A DNA stretch of 64,000 nt, taken from IMG/VR virus record IMGVR_UViG_3300044858_003017; one strand, 5' to 3'. This document shows positions 49,537 to 59,718 of this stretch, piece by piece. Source of the stretch: a virus. The notes below the pieces were generated by a model. It was not told the DNA's origin. It made no database searches and saw only the letters and a list, made by a program, of their open reading frames with translations. The position numbers and the translations under genes are program-made. Position 1 is the first letter of the stretch. Every line of letters begins with the position of its first letter.

Positions 49537-50239
49537 CTTCGAATTCCAATTCTAAATTTACTCCCGGTGTATTTGCTTGAACGAATTCTCGAAAACGTTT
49601 TGCATCTCGTGCTAAAAATTCATAGCGAATAAAATTTTCAATATCCGTTGCTGATCGTGATGCATTAATTTGTTTGATTAAACCTTGTAATGCACTAGAA
49701 ATAGTTCGGTCATCGGTAATTTTTTTTGATTCTCGATTAGTTAAAAATGAAAATTTAAGTGTAAACTTATCATTTACTTGATAATCAAATTCTCCATTTT
49801 GATCGGCTTGTAATTCAAATGGCAAAAAGGTTAATTTAGTTAAATCAGCAGTCCGCTCATATGTTTTGCCAGTTTCTGGATCTGTTACTTGTACAGGATA
49901 TTCCGGACCATATGATAAAATACGAGCTTGAATAATTAATGCATCTTTATCTGCTTGTGCAATCGTGTCTGCATCAATTCCTGGCGTAATAATCAAACTT
50001 TCAATCAATTTATCTAAAACAATGCCTTCTCGTATATATGATAAATTAGTTAAAATATCTTCATCATATGCTGTCATGTATCGCATTTCAAGTTGTCCGT
50101 TTCGTAACGGGTGCGATTCGGGATAAATTTTACCTGCCGATGGCAATGAAATTATTTCTGTTGGAATTGTATTGCGCTTGGTTTGTTCGTATTGTTGCTT
50201 AGCAAGTGCAATGATGTCTTGATTTGTTACTGATTTCAT
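49475..50239 (-). CDS. Tail/baseplate assembly chaperone (T4 gp26-like)
   Basis: LPS.G..YP, MTA..EDIL, D..AL...ARI.SYG. Confidence 0.7.
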   Translation of the reverse strand: MKSVTNQDIIALAKQQYEQTKRNTIPTEIISLPSAGKIYPESHPLRNGQLEMRYMTAYDEDILTNLSYIREGIVLDKLIESLIITPGIDADTIAQADKDALIIQARILSYGPEYPVQVTDPETGKTYERTADLTKLTFLPFELQADQNGEFDYQVNDKFTLKFSFLTNRESKKITDDRTISSALQGLIKQINASRSATDIENFIRYEFLARDAKRFREFVQANTPGVNLELEFEGEQGGTFKSKFQIGSNFFWF

Positions 50240-50260
50240 TAATATCCTTTATAACTTTAT

Positions 50261-50269
50261 TATAAATAT
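50261..50269 (-). promoter_or_regulatory. Putative late promoter ATATTTATA
   Basis: Just downstream of the tube terminator, about 22 nt before ATG 50239. Confidence 0.6.
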
Positions 50270-50280
50270 GTATGAACAAG

Positions 50281-50304
50281 AAAAATGGGGCTGTTATGCC
50301 CCAT
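50281..50304 (-). terminator. Intrinsic terminator after the tail tube gene
   Basis: ATGGGGC-ATAACA-GCCCCAT-TTTT. Confidence 0.75.
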
Positions 50305-50316
50305 AAATCATTAATA

Positions 50317-50847
50317 TTAGAAACTTAAGAATGCCCAATCGTAACGAAGAGTTAATTCAATAGTAACTACATCTTCCGTTGACCAATCCAATGATCCAAA
50401 GTTTGCATCAACAATATATGTTCCGTTTAAGATCCATTCTTCAATTACTTCACCTAATGGAGAAAGTTGTTTCAATCTTACTTCTTTTTTATAAAATGAA
50501 GAATACCCATCGCGGCCTGTTGCTGATTCATGATGTAAACGAATCCATTCCATTACTGCCTGTGCACCTGATGGAACAATTGCATCATAAAGTGATACCG
50601 AAATTGTATTCCAAACAGATTTACCTTTAACATAACGCTGTACGTTAATATGATCTAAAGTAATTTCTCCGTTTGCAATACTAGGTTTTGCTGATGCTTT
50701 AATTAAATATGCAGGAACATCGCCAATTGACATGATAAATTGATGTTGTTTTTTTGGTTCCCATGAAAATGCATTACTATAAAATCCTGCCGGGTTTTCT
50801 CCAGCATAATCCGTTAAGTTGCCATTTACTTGATCTTGTAGTGCCAT
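50317..50847 (-). CDS. Tail tube protein (T4 gp19-like)
   Basis: EPK...F, GK..W..I...LYD, EW.L.G, FGSLDW, LTLRYD. Confidence 0.9.
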   Translation of the reverse strand: MALQDQVNGNLTDYAGENPAGFYSNAFSWEPKKQHQFIMSIGDVPAYLIKASAKPSIANGEITLDHINVQRYVKGKSVWNTISVSLYDAIVPSGAQAVMEWIRLHHESATGRDGYSSFYKKEVRLKQLSPLGEVIEEWILNGTYIVDANFGSLDWSTEDVVTIELTLRYDWAFLSF

Positions 50848-50869
50848 GTTTTATCCTATTGTATTTTCT

Positions 50870-50878
50870 TATAAATAT
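50870..50878 (-). promoter_or_regulatory. Putative late promoter ATATTTATA
   Basis: About 23 nt before the tube ATG. Confidence 0.6.
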
Positions 50879-50887
50879 AAGTACAGT

Positions 50888-50917
50888 AAAAAAGGTAGAA
50901 CTTTCATCCTACCTTTT
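50888..50917 (-). terminator. Intrinsic terminator after the sheath gene
   Basis: AAAAGGTAGGAT-GAAA-GTTCTACCTTTTTT. Confidence 0.75.
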
Positions 50918-50930
50918 AAACTATTTTTTA

Positions 50931-53429
50931 CTACTGCGTAAATGTCGCACCTGTTGATTGAATATTGAAATCTAAAACAATAAATTCTGCAGTTCTGGTT
51001 GGTTGCAAAAATAATTGTCCGTATAAAATATTTCTATCAATTAAATCTGGTGTATTATTTGAAGCATCCATTACTACACGGAAAACTGACAATCCTTGTT
51101 GTGCTCTTACTTGTTCTAAATAAGGATTAACAATTGCCAAGAATCTGTCTCGTGTCTGCGATGTATTTTGTTCAAATACCAAATAACGAGTTGATGATGC
51201 AATAAATTTCTTGATTGTAATCAATAATCGACGTACATTTACTCGGTCTAATGCACTTGGAAGAGACTGTAGTGTCTTTTGACCCCAAATCACTATACCT
51301 TCGTTAGGGAAGTTCGCAATAGGATTAACGCGAGCTTCATACAATGTATCTCGATCTGCTTGTGCTAAAGATTGATATGTATCAATTACAGAATTTAAAC
51401 TACCACGATTCAAACCAGCTGGTGCATACCATGGAGCTGCAACTGCATCATTGAATGCCAATGCGCCTGGAACAACAACTGAAGGTGGTACCCAAATTGG
51501 AACATTCTTGCTAGGATTAACAATTCGCACCCATGGCCAATATGTTGCAGTATAATTATCATCAATATTTTGTACTTGTGATGTTACGGTTGATATTGAA
51601 TCAGTTAATGCATTTGAATCCATTACATAGAATGTATCTTGACGAGTTGTAGCCAAATCTCTAGCTGCAGTTGTCACCGCAGAATGCAAACTATCAATAA
51701 CACCTGGGGTAAGCAACATATTAACATCATAATAATCTGTATTGCTTAACAATGTAAATGCTTTATTATAAGCTTTCGTACCCGTACTAGTTGAAGTTGA
51801 ACAATCAAATCCAAATGTATTTGTAGAAGCAATATTGATTCCAGAATATTTAGGTAAATTTGGACGAGTACCATCAAATCCGCCTTGGAATGGCATAATG
51901 AATTTTCTAGTAGTTAAAGCAACATTAGTTGTAAATGTAGACCCCGTCAATGCTGCTTGCAATGAACCACTATATGCAGCGGTTAATGAAGGAAATCCTG
52001 CTTGTCCATCTTGATTTACATCACCTAAATAAAAATCTGAATTGCTACCAGTATTTGAACCTGATGTTGGAATTGGAGCTAAATAATTAATATTGTTTTG
52101 TGCGGTAAAATCAAATCCTAAATAATTCTTTGAACTATATTCAGATGCAACAACTTGCGATGTTTTATATGTTGCTGCAGATAAATTCAATGTACCAGAT
52201 ACCATCGGTATTGGTGAATTAACAGCACGGAATCCAAATGGTACCAATGTTTTATCAATAGTTGAATTTGAAACTGCATCTGCTACTTCAACTCGAATAT
52301 ATTGTGAATTATTTGAATAATCGCCATTTACAAAAAGTTGTCCATTGTCATTTACTGTTTGATATCGATCTCCAATTATTCTTGCAATATATCTAGATGA
52401 ATTTGGATTCAAATTGACATTAGTAAATGTTTCTACAACATCAGGAACTTTGTCGGTATCTTGAGATGAATATGGAGAATTTGGAATACCTGGTGTAGGT
52501 GATAATGAATTTACTCTACGAATTTCTACTGTAAAGGCTCCATATCCTGCAGGATCGCCTGTTTCGGTTGATAATCTAACATCTCGGATACCAATCTTTG
52601 TTTCATAATTTACTGATGTGCCATGTGACAATGTATGAAACTTAAATAAATTTTTAGTAAGCGAACCAATTTTTTGCGATGTTACCCACGGCGTTGATGC
52701 TACATTGTAATCTTGTAAAAATTCATAATTTGAAATTTTTTCTAATGATATTGTAACATTGGCTAAATTTGCAAACAATGATGATGCAGCAAGATTTTCA
52801 TATTGCACGTATACTGGATAATCTGTTGATTTAGGAGATGTTCCAAATACTTTTGAAATATAATTGTTTGCTGTAGATACAATTGATGCTGATATTGGAG
52901 TTGTTTCACTTACTAAGAATGAACCACCAAATCCAATTGCACTTGCGTCATTACCAGTTGCGACTGCATATGAACCAGAAACTGTAATTGCAAATGACCC
53001 CGAAGTACTAGATGCTATTACTGAATCTTCGAATAGATTGGTTGCACCCGTTGTAGTTACTGCTTGAACTGGATGTAATATGTGTGTTACAACTTTTGTT
53101 GAACCTGATTGTGCAACAACTGCCAATCCACCATTAGTTAATTTATATCCATCTTCATACAATAAACGTGTTACGGTAATTACGTTACCATTACGTAAAT
53201 AATCTTGAACTACATATGGAACGTATGAATCATCCGTAAATGATCCAAATTGTGCCGTAAACTGTCCAAATGATGTGATTTGTGTAGGAACTAAAGCAGG
53301 CCCTTTTGTTGTTGGTCCTACAATTGCTGCTCCTATTTGCGCAATAGCTCCAGGTAAAAACGATTGATCAATTTCATTCGTAAATACACCAGGAGAAACT
53401 ATTCCAGCGCCTATTTGTCTTTCTGCCAT
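50931..53429 (-). CDS. Contractile tail sheath (T4 gp18-like)
   Basis: SPGVFTNEID, WYAPAG..RG, NPI, WGQKTL, RVNVRRL, P..TAEFI. Confidence 0.95.
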   Translation of the reverse strand: MAERQIGAGIVSPGVFTNEIDQSFLPGAIAQIGAAIVGPTTKGPALVPTQITSFGQFTAQFGSFTDDSYVPYVVQDYLRNGNVITVTRLLYEDGYKLTNGGLAVVAQSGSTKVVTHILHPVQAVTTTGATNLFEDSVIASSTSGSFAITVSGSYAVATGNDASAIGFGGSFLVSETTPISASIVSTANNYISKVFGTSPKSTDYPVYVQYENLAASSLFANLANVTISLEKISNYEFLQDYNVASTPWVTSQKIGSLTKNLFKFHTLSHGTSVNYETKIGIRDVRLSTETGDPAGYGAFTVEIRRVNSLSPTPGIPNSPYSSQDTDKVPDVVETFTNVNLNPNSSRYIARIIGDRYQTVNDNGQLFVNGDYSNNSQYIRVEVADAVSNSTIDKTLVPFGFRAVNSPIPMVSGTLNLSAATYKTSQVVASEYSSKNYLGFDFTAQNNINYLAPIPTSGSNTGSNSDFYLGDVNQDGQAGFPSLTAAYSGSLQAALTGSTFTTNVALTTRKFIMPFQGGFDGTRPNLPKYSGINIASTNTFGFDCSTSTSTGTKAYNKAFTLLSNTDYYDVNMLLTPGVIDSLHSAVTTAARDLATTRQDTFYVMDSNALTDSISTVTSQVQNIDDNYTATYWPWVRIVNPSKNVPIWVPPSVVVPGALAFNDAVAAPWYAPAGLNRGSLNSVIDTYQSLAQADRDTLYEARVNPIANFPNEGIVIWGQKTLQSLPSALDRVNVRRLLITIKKFIASSTRYLVFEQNTSQTRDRFLAIVNPYLEQVRAQQGLSVFRVVMDASNNTPDLIDRNILYGQLFLQPTRTAEFIVLDFNIQSTGATFTQ

Positions 53430-53450
53430 TTATACTCCTATGATTTTTTT

Positions 53451-53459
53451 TATAAATAT
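53451..53459 (-). promoter_or_regulatory. Putative late promoter ATATTTATA
   Basis: About 22 nt before the sheath ATG; AGGAG SD in between. Confidence 0.6.
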
Positions 53460-53478
53460 GAATCCGCGAACTCAAACC

Positions 53479-53748
53479 TTATGCGGTTGGAGTAAATGTT
53501 CCAGATTGAATATTGATTTCGCCTTCGCCGTAACGTTCGCGCATTTTGTCTAATAATTCTGATTCTTGTTTACGCAAATTATAAAATGTATTCATGCAAC
53601 GAGTTTGTTCGTTTTGTAACATTTCTAATCGTTGTTGCGTTATGGTAATTTCAATTGCTAAGTTTCCTAATTCTAAAGCATTGCTATTATAAGAATTTCG
53701 CAACTCCATAATTTCATCTAAATGCTCTTTATCTAGTTTTCGAGTCAT
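53479..53748 (-). CDS. Small coiled-coil protein
   Basis: Coiled coil followed by YGEGEINI..GTF. Confidence 0.65.
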   Translation of the reverse strand: MTRKLDKEHLDEIMELRNSYNSNALELGNLAIEITITQQRLEMLQNEQTRCMNTFYNLRKQESELLDKMRERYGEGEINIQSGTFTPTA

Positions 53749-53786
53749 GGTAACCTTTTCTTGATATTATAATGAAAATGTTTCAT

Positions 53787-54029
53787 TTATCCAAGCATTT
53801 CAGTTTTAGATATATCAATTGAAATTGCATCTACGGAAAGTATGTCTCCTTCTATAGTAAAATCTTCTCGTTTAGTAAGTGAAGTACCGCCAGGTACATT
53901 GGATACATCAATGTTTAATCCATAACATGCATCATCAACATACACGTTAATGATTAAATCAAATCCATCAACCGTGTCAATGGCAGTTATTCGTTTACCG
54001 AATATAAATTGTTTTAGTGTTAGTTTCAT
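53787..54029 (-). CDS. Hypothetical protein
   Basis: 80-aa ORF. Confidence 0.6.
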   Translation of the reverse strand: MKLTLKQFIFGKRITAIDTVDGFDLIINVYVDDACYGLNIDVSNVPGGTSLTKREDFTIEGDILSVDAISIDISKTEMLG

Positions 54030-54035
54030 GGGGTT

Positions 54036-56336
54036 TTATGTTATTAAGTTTATAATTGAAGATACAGCGGCATTAAATCCTGTACCTGTTCCATTAAATA
54101 CAACAGATCCTTGATTGAATGTGCTATCATATGCTGCCAATTGGTTCATTTTTACAATATTTCCAACTGCGTTACCATTGTATGTTGTACTTTGATTTCC
54201 AACATATATGTTATTGTTTTTATCCGTACTCAATGCTTGGACATATGCTGGACTTAATGGGTTTAGGTTAAATCCGGTAGTGGGTGCAAATGTTGTATCT
54301 TTTGTTCCGTTAGGAGTTAGTTTTATAATGCGCGGAGATGCAGATCCTGAATAAGTAGTAAATGATCCATATGCTATAATAGAATCATCTGCTAAAACTT
54401 TCAATGCTACGATACCATTTGCACCGAATCCCGTTCCAATGTTAAATGTAGTGTCCTTAGTGCCGTCAGTGTTTATTCGAACTATGTAGTTATTCGTTGA
54501 GCCTGAGTATATGCTGAAATTTCCGCCAACAATAATTTTTCCTGTGGATTGTATTCCAATTGCAAATACGGAGGTAGTGTTAAAGCCGCTTCCCATATTA
54601 AATGTGATGTCCTTAGTTCCATCAGTGTTTATTCTAACAATGCCGGCGTTTGAACTACCTGAATATGCTGTGGTCGCTCCTATTGCTATGATTTTTCCAT
54701 CGGATTGGAGAGCTAGTTGATAGATGTTTCCAGTACTTCCTAGACCTACATTAAATGTAGTGTCTTTAGTACCGTTAGTGTTGATGCGCACAATGCCACT
54801 ATTTGTTGAACCCGAATATGTTGTAAATGTACCTGCAGCAATAATTTTTCCATCGGGTTGAACTTTCATATCATATGCAGACCCATTAAGCCCCGTACCA
54901 GAAATAAATGTAGTATCTCTAGTACCATTGGTGTTTATTCTAGCAATTCGCACACTGCTAGAGCCGCTATATGATGTAAATGAAGGACCTGAAATAAGAA
55001 GTTTTCCATCAGATTGCGTTACCATGGAAGTAACATTATTGCCAGGTCCGATACCCACGTTAAACGTAGTATCTACAGCACCGGTATTGTCTAATTTTAC
55101 AAGATAGTTAATTGGTGGAGCTTGATATGTTGTATAATCTCCACCCATGTAGATATTGCTACCAGATATTAATACAGCTCGTACGGTTCCATTAAACCCT
55201 GCACTAGACTGTCCATTAAATGCAATGCTTCCGGAAATAAACGTACTGTCTATGGCTCCGCTAGGTGTTGTTTTTATAAAACGATTAACTGTAGATCCAC
55301 TATATGTTGTAAAGGTACCTCCGAGATAAACATTTCCTGAGTTGTCTAAAGAAAATACATTTAAGACGCCAGCTGATGTACTACTAATTCCATTGCCTAC
55401 AACATATGACGTATCGACTTGCCCGTTAGATAATACTCGAGCAAGACTAACTCTAGTACTACCACTTACTGATGTAAATGCACCATTTATTAGAATTTTT
55501 TGATCGGGTTGTATTTTTACAGCATATACCAAGCTGTTAATTGTTCCAGGATTAAATGTAGTATCTACGCTACCATTATCGTTTAATCTCGTAAGTCGTG
55601 TTACTGTGGACCCACTATATGTTGTTGCTCCATGTCCTACAACTATTTTACCATCCGATTGAATATCTATTGAATATACTGTAAAGTTAGTAAGAAATCC
55701 AGCACCGGTATTGTATGTAGTATCTCGAGTTCCGTCAGTATTAATACGCAAACTACCCGTTCCTATTAACGAACCCGAGTATTGTGTTATTGTTGTACCC
55801 CCTACTAGTATTTTACCGTCACTTTGAATAGCTACGCAATTTGCAGTATTATTAAGTCCCGTACCTATATTAAATGTAGTATCATATGTTCCATCGGTGT
55901 TTAGTCGAACTATTCTATTTCTAATTGATCCAGAGTAAGTTGTAAAGGCTCCAACTGCTATGATTTTTCCATCAGATTGTACTCTCATATCATTTACTGC
56001 TGCGCCAAATCCAACTCCCGTATTAAATGTAGTATCTCGCGTACCGTTGGTGTTTACTCTAACCATGTTACCTACGGTTGATCCGCTGTATGAACTAAAA
56101 CTCCCACCGAGTAATAGTTTACCATCGGATTGGGTAACCATGCAGTTTACAGTGGAGGAAGGTCCGGTGCCCATATTAAATGTAGTATCAATAGAACCAG
56201 ATAAATCGGTTCGAATAAGTCGACTGTAAATTGGTTGACGATATGTTGTAAAATTACCGGCTACATATAGGTAATCCAACAGAGCCGGTGTGATTCCAGG
56301 TATAAATTGTTGTATAAATGCAAAAGGTGTAAACAT
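54036..56336 (-). CDS. Delta-60 (DUF5122) repeat beta-propeller protein, probable virion appendage
   Basis: About 14 repeats of QSDGKI..GG.FTTYSGS...RINTDGT.DTTF. Confidence 0.85.
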   Translation of the reverse strand: MFTPFAFIQQFIPGITPALLDYLYVAGNFTTYRQPIYSRLIRTDLSGSIDTTFNMGTGPSSTVNCMVTQSDGKLLLGGSFSSYSGSTVGNMVRVNTNGTRDTTFNTGVGFGAAVNDMRVQSDGKIIAVGAFTTYSGSIRNRIVRLNTDGTYDTTFNIGTGLNNTANCVAIQSDGKILVGGTTITQYSGSLIGTGSLRINTDGTRDTTYNTGAGFLTNFTVYSIDIQSDGKIVVGHGATTYSGSTVTRLTRLNDNGSVDTTFNPGTINSLVYAVKIQPDQKILINGAFTSVSGSTRVSLARVLSNGQVDTSYVVGNGISSTSAGVLNVFSLDNSGNVYLGGTFTTYSGSTVNRFIKTTPSGAIDSTFISGSIAFNGQSSAGFNGTVRAVLISGSNIYMGGDYTTYQAPPINYLVKLDNTGAVDTTFNVGIGPGNNVTSMVTQSDGKLLISGPSFTSYSGSSSVRIARINTNGTRDTTFISGTGLNGSAYDMKVQPDGKIIAAGTFTTYSGSTNSGIVRINTNGTKDTTFNVGLGSTGNIYQLALQSDGKIIAIGATTAYSGSSNAGIVRINTDGTKDITFNMGSGFNTTSVFAIGIQSTGKIIVGGNFSIYSGSTNNYIVRINTDGTKDTTFNIGTGFGANGIVALKVLADDSIIAYGSFTTYSGSASPRIIKLTPNGTKDTTFAPTTGFNLNPLSPAYVQALSTDKNNNIYVGNQSTTYNGNAVGNIVKMNQLAAYDSTFNQGSVVFNGTGTGFNAAVSSIINLIT

Positions 56337-56339
56337 AAC

Positions 56340-57173
56340 TTATATCATATTTCTTACGGAACTTACATAAACATTGGTTGAATCAAATGCAATCATTGTT
56401 ACTATGTCAATGGCATTTGCTGCAGCCGTACCTGTATATAAAGAACCAGATGGTTGTTTTACTAAAGAAGGAAATGTAACTGTTCCTGTACCTAAAGATC
56501 CTTGTGTTACTAATATGTTAACGGTTTGACCCGGGTTTATGTTTGTTGGATTAATATTTGTTCCCGTACCATTCGCTAATGTTAGTGTGAAAAAATTGTT
56601 TGTCGATAAATTAACAGATGCAGTATTTCCAGAAATGGATAATGGTAAAACTTGTCCTCGCAATGACCCGGTAATCTCAGTAGCACTATTAATTGATACT
56701 ATGGTACCGGTATCTGTAATATTAGAGCTAGTTATATGTTCTCCTAAATCTCCACTAGAACCTTTAGTTATTCGATTTGTCTCAATAGTAATTTCATTGC
56801 CAATGTTGTTAAATGTTTGCGGTCCCATTATCAAAACGGAACTAGTTGTGGGACCGCCGTTGGTTTCGTGCACAAATATCCATTGATTGTTTTGCGAATC
56901 AAAAAGCAATGATCCTGATCTAAATGGAGTTGATCCAGAATCAACTACCTCAATACCACCATATCGTAATGGGGTGGTTGTATTAAGTTTAATAACATTG
57001 GTACTAACATTGAATTGTGATGATGTTATGTATTGTATAGATGAGGTAACGGCATTTAAACTAGTTACATTTAATGTTCCATTAATGGTAAGATCTTGTG
57101 TAAGTGTTGGACCTACATATGATGCAGTTGCAGCTGTAAGTTTTAAACCATTTATTTGACTTATATTTGCCAT
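56340..57173 (-). CDS. Tail fibre-like structural protein
   Basis: S/T/G-rich; TASY and TGSL motifs. Confidence 0.65.
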   Translation of the reverse strand: MANISQINGLKLTAATASYVGPTLTQDLTINGTLNVTSLNAVTSSIQYITSSQFNVSTNVIKLNTTTPLRYGGIEVVDSGSTPFRSGSLLFDSQNNQWIFVHETNGGPTTSSVLIMGPQTFNNIGNEITIETNRITKGSSGDLGEHITSSNITDTGTIVSINSATEITGSLRGQVLPLSISGNTASVNLSTNNFFTLTLANGTGTNINPTNINPGQTVNILVTQGSLGTGTVTFPSLVKQPSGSLYTGTAAANAIDIVTMIAFDSTNVYVSSVRNMI

Positions 57174-57200
57174 AGGATCTTTTTAATAAATATAAACCGT

Positions 57201-59438
57201 TTATATTACGTACCATTCATTAGATGGTCTAAATTTCATTACCCAATATTCAGGAGTACCTGTGTTTTGATAATAAGCATGGCCTAAAATTCTAACATAT
57301 TGTCCGGCAGTTGTAGGTACATTTGTTGACATTGTATTTCCTGCACTTTCTCTAATATATATTGGTAATCCATGGTCGATAAGTTGAACCGAAGGTGTAT
57401 CAGTATACGTACCATCATTTACTGTAATCGATCCTTCTAATATTATTCTAGCTCCGCCGCCCGTCGAGGCACATATACCTAAAAGTTTAGAACAGTCTGC
57501 AGTTGCTTGGGTAACAGGATGCCATTTTCCGTCTGTTTCCAAATATACTAAATCAAATAGAGCCGCTGCCCCATCTAACTGTCCTGTTATTACTTCTCCT
57601 TCATAGTTAAATGTCGTTGCAGGTACATCTGAAAATGATTCTTGGGTGTTTGACCCAATAGATTTTCTTAGATACGTAGAAGCGTCTATTTTGTAGTTAT
57701 TAGTAATAGCATCCCAACTTAAAACATCAAATCCACTTTGATCAGCTAATAACCTACTACTCCAATCAATTGAATAATTAGTACCACTTGTATCATATGC
57801 TAGTCTATTTGCCCAGTCTATACTTTGAACTGATGTAGCGTCATATAATAACCTACTACCCCAAGCAATTGAATTAGCGGTACCTGTTGCATCAAATAAA
57901 GTCCTTCCACTCCAATTGACAGCAAATATACCCATATCATCAAATAACGTTCTACCATCAGCATCAAAGCTGCTAGTACCCATTACATCGTATATAGCTC
58001 TAGAAAAATTACCTATAGATATGGCATTAACATAATTTAATCCATCAAATGTTTGAGTTGTAAATGAACCAGTTACTCCCAATGAACCTGAAATTTGCGC
58101 ATCACCATTGTATGGGAATGCAGGTGTACTTGGAGCATATGAAGCACTTAAAGCATTAGTTGCATAAGAAGCAGTTCCAAGTAAGCTTCCCGTAAATGAA
58201 GTTGAATTTATTGATGTTAATCCCGTTAATGATGTTGCAGTGTCGCCTAAATCTATATTAGTCGATCCAATTGTGATGCTACTATTTGCTAACTGTGCAT
58301 TTAATATACCTGCAGTTGCTGATAAATTAGATGTTGTTAATCCGGTAATAGTTCCGCCTAATACGATTGTGCCTGCACCGGTAATCGGGCCGCCCGTTAA
58401 AGTAATTCCAGATACAGAACCTGACGTATCTACTGATGTTACTGTTCCTCCGCCGGCTGCTAAATTGGTTGAAGCGCCGCCGCCACCTGTTGATATATCT
58501 AAATAAAATCCTCGAGCAGTACCCCCTTGTTCAAAAAATCTAAGTCTATTTTGAAATACATCAACTGTTACACCACTACCTGTAAGAGATGTGTTAGTAG
58601 CAGCTTTTCCTAATAGAATTTCTCCACCCTCATCACCGACACCATAAAGTACGCTTAATGTTTGACCATTAAATGTTAAATTACCTTCGCCATTTAGTGT
58701 TCCGTTGCCATTAGCAGTTATTACTTGAGTATCTACGTCATTTGCAATAGCAGGTGCTATGTTTGCAGCTGTTGATGCAAATGATGAGCTTATTACATTT
58801 TGTATTGAAGATGTTGCAATTGGAATTGCTACGCCATTACTATTTCCAACCCAAGTAAAGCCTTGTTGTATGTTTGGAACTTCATTGTAATATGCTGGAC
58901 CGTTAATTACACCTGATCCGTTCGATGCATGAGACTTTTCAACATTGCCTAATTTTTGTATTAATACTCCAGATCCAGTTGGTCGAACATTTGTATATCC
59001 TCCACCTCCTGCAACATATATTGAATCGCCTGCTGCAAATGCAGATGTATTAACGTTGCCGATATATCCATTAATGAGACCAACACCTTCTGCGCCAGCT
59101 ATTAATGTTTCTCCTGCAATTACACCTGCCGGCATTCGAGTTGGATCTGCAGCATCTGCTGGCCAAACTCCTGCAAGATTTCCAGATGTACCTGATCCCG
59201 TAATATAGCATGGGGTTCCTTTTGCAATAGTTATGCCAGAAACGTTTTTTATTACTATTGCAGTATTTTCTACAGGAGCAAATGAAAGATTACCAGCTCC
59301 ATCTGTTATAATTACTTGACCTACAGTGCCATCTATATCAGGATAGTTTAGTCCGCTAGCGGTAAAATTAGAAGTTACATTTAATGAATTTAACGCAGCA
59401 TCAGAGCCAGACGTTATGACTTTTTTCCATGAGGGCAT
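57201..59438 (-). CDS. Tail fibre-like structural protein
   Basis: MPSWKKVITSGS N-terminus, FTGSL.GTASYA, repeated W..R.LYD units. Confidence 0.7.
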   Translation of the reverse strand: MPSWKKVITSGSDAALNSLNVTSNFTASGLNYPDIDGTVGQVIITDGAGNLSFAPVENTAIVIKNVSGITIAKGTPCYITGSGTSGNLAGVWPADAADPTRMPAGVIAGETLIAGAEGVGLINGYIGNVNTSAFAAGDSIYVAGGGGYTNVRPTGSGVLIQKLGNVEKSHASNGSGVINGPAYYNEVPNIQQGFTWVGNSNGVAIPIATSSIQNVISSSFASTAANIAPAIANDVDTQVITANGNGTLNGEGNLTFNGQTLSVLYGVGDEGGEILLGKAATNTSLTGSGVTVDVFQNRLRFFEQGGTARGFYLDISTGGGGASTNLAAGGGTVTSVDTSGSVSGITLTGGPITGAGTIVLGGTITGLTTSNLSATAGILNAQLANSSITIGSTNIDLGDTATSLTGLTSINSTSFTGSLLGTASYATNALSASYAPSTPAFPYNGDAQISGSLGVTGSFTTQTFDGLNYVNAISIGNFSRAIYDVMGTSSFDADGRTLFDDMGIFAVNWSGRTLFDATGTANSIAWGSRLLYDATSVQSIDWANRLAYDTSGTNYSIDWSSRLLADQSGFDVLSWDAITNNYKIDASTYLRKSIGSNTQESFSDVPATTFNYEGEVITGQLDGAAALFDLVYLETDGKWHPVTQATADCSKLLGICASTGGGARIILEGSITVNDGTYTDTPSVQLIDHGLPIYIRESAGNTMSTNVPTTAGQYVRILGHAYYQNTGTPEYWVMKFRPSNEWYVI

Positions 59439-59453
59439 AGTATATTCCTTTCG

Positions 59454-59515
59454 TGTTGCGGTTGGTTACATACACTTATGCCGTGCGTGTGCCCACTTCC
59501 TTGCGGCCTACAACA
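59454..59515 (-). ncRNA. Candidate structured 5' leader RNA
   Basis: GC-rich island; TGTTGT/GCAACA closing stem, CC-GCAA-GG GNRA hairpin, ACAC/GTGT stem; lies between a late motif and the SD. Confidence 0.45.
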
Positions 59516-59528
59516 TTTATAATAAATA

Positions 59529-59705
59529 TCACTGTTTTAGATATTGCTCTTGTAGTTTCAATATGATGTTATAAAATGTTTCTACATGTTCTCCGCGGAT
59601 GGAAACATCTTTAAGTATTGTTAATAAAAATTCAATTTCTTGTTTTGTTAATTGAACGGTTGTTTCGGGGGCGGATTGTGATTTTAATTTGTCTAATATG
59701 CTCAT
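59529..59705 (-). CDS. 58-aa hypothetical protein (below the track cutoff)
   Basis: MSILDKLKSQ...KLQEQYLKQ fills the gap between fibre genes. Confidence 0.65.
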   Translation of the reverse strand: MSILDKLKSQSAPETTVQLTKQEIEFLLTILKDVSIRGEHVETFYNIILKLQEQYLKQ

Positions 59706-59718
59706 AACTTATTTAATT

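Noticed and set aside
6476-50957. Short alternative-frame minus-strand ORFs (6476, 16021, 21681, 28868, 36877, 37676, 41635, 50754)
   Set aside because: They are nested in or overlap stronger genes and have no supporting motifs.
54036-56336. Recurring nucleotide units (aaatgtagtatc...) as a CRISPR array or DGR repeat
   Set aside because: They are degenerate in-frame protein repeats, and there is no reverse transcriptase in the window.
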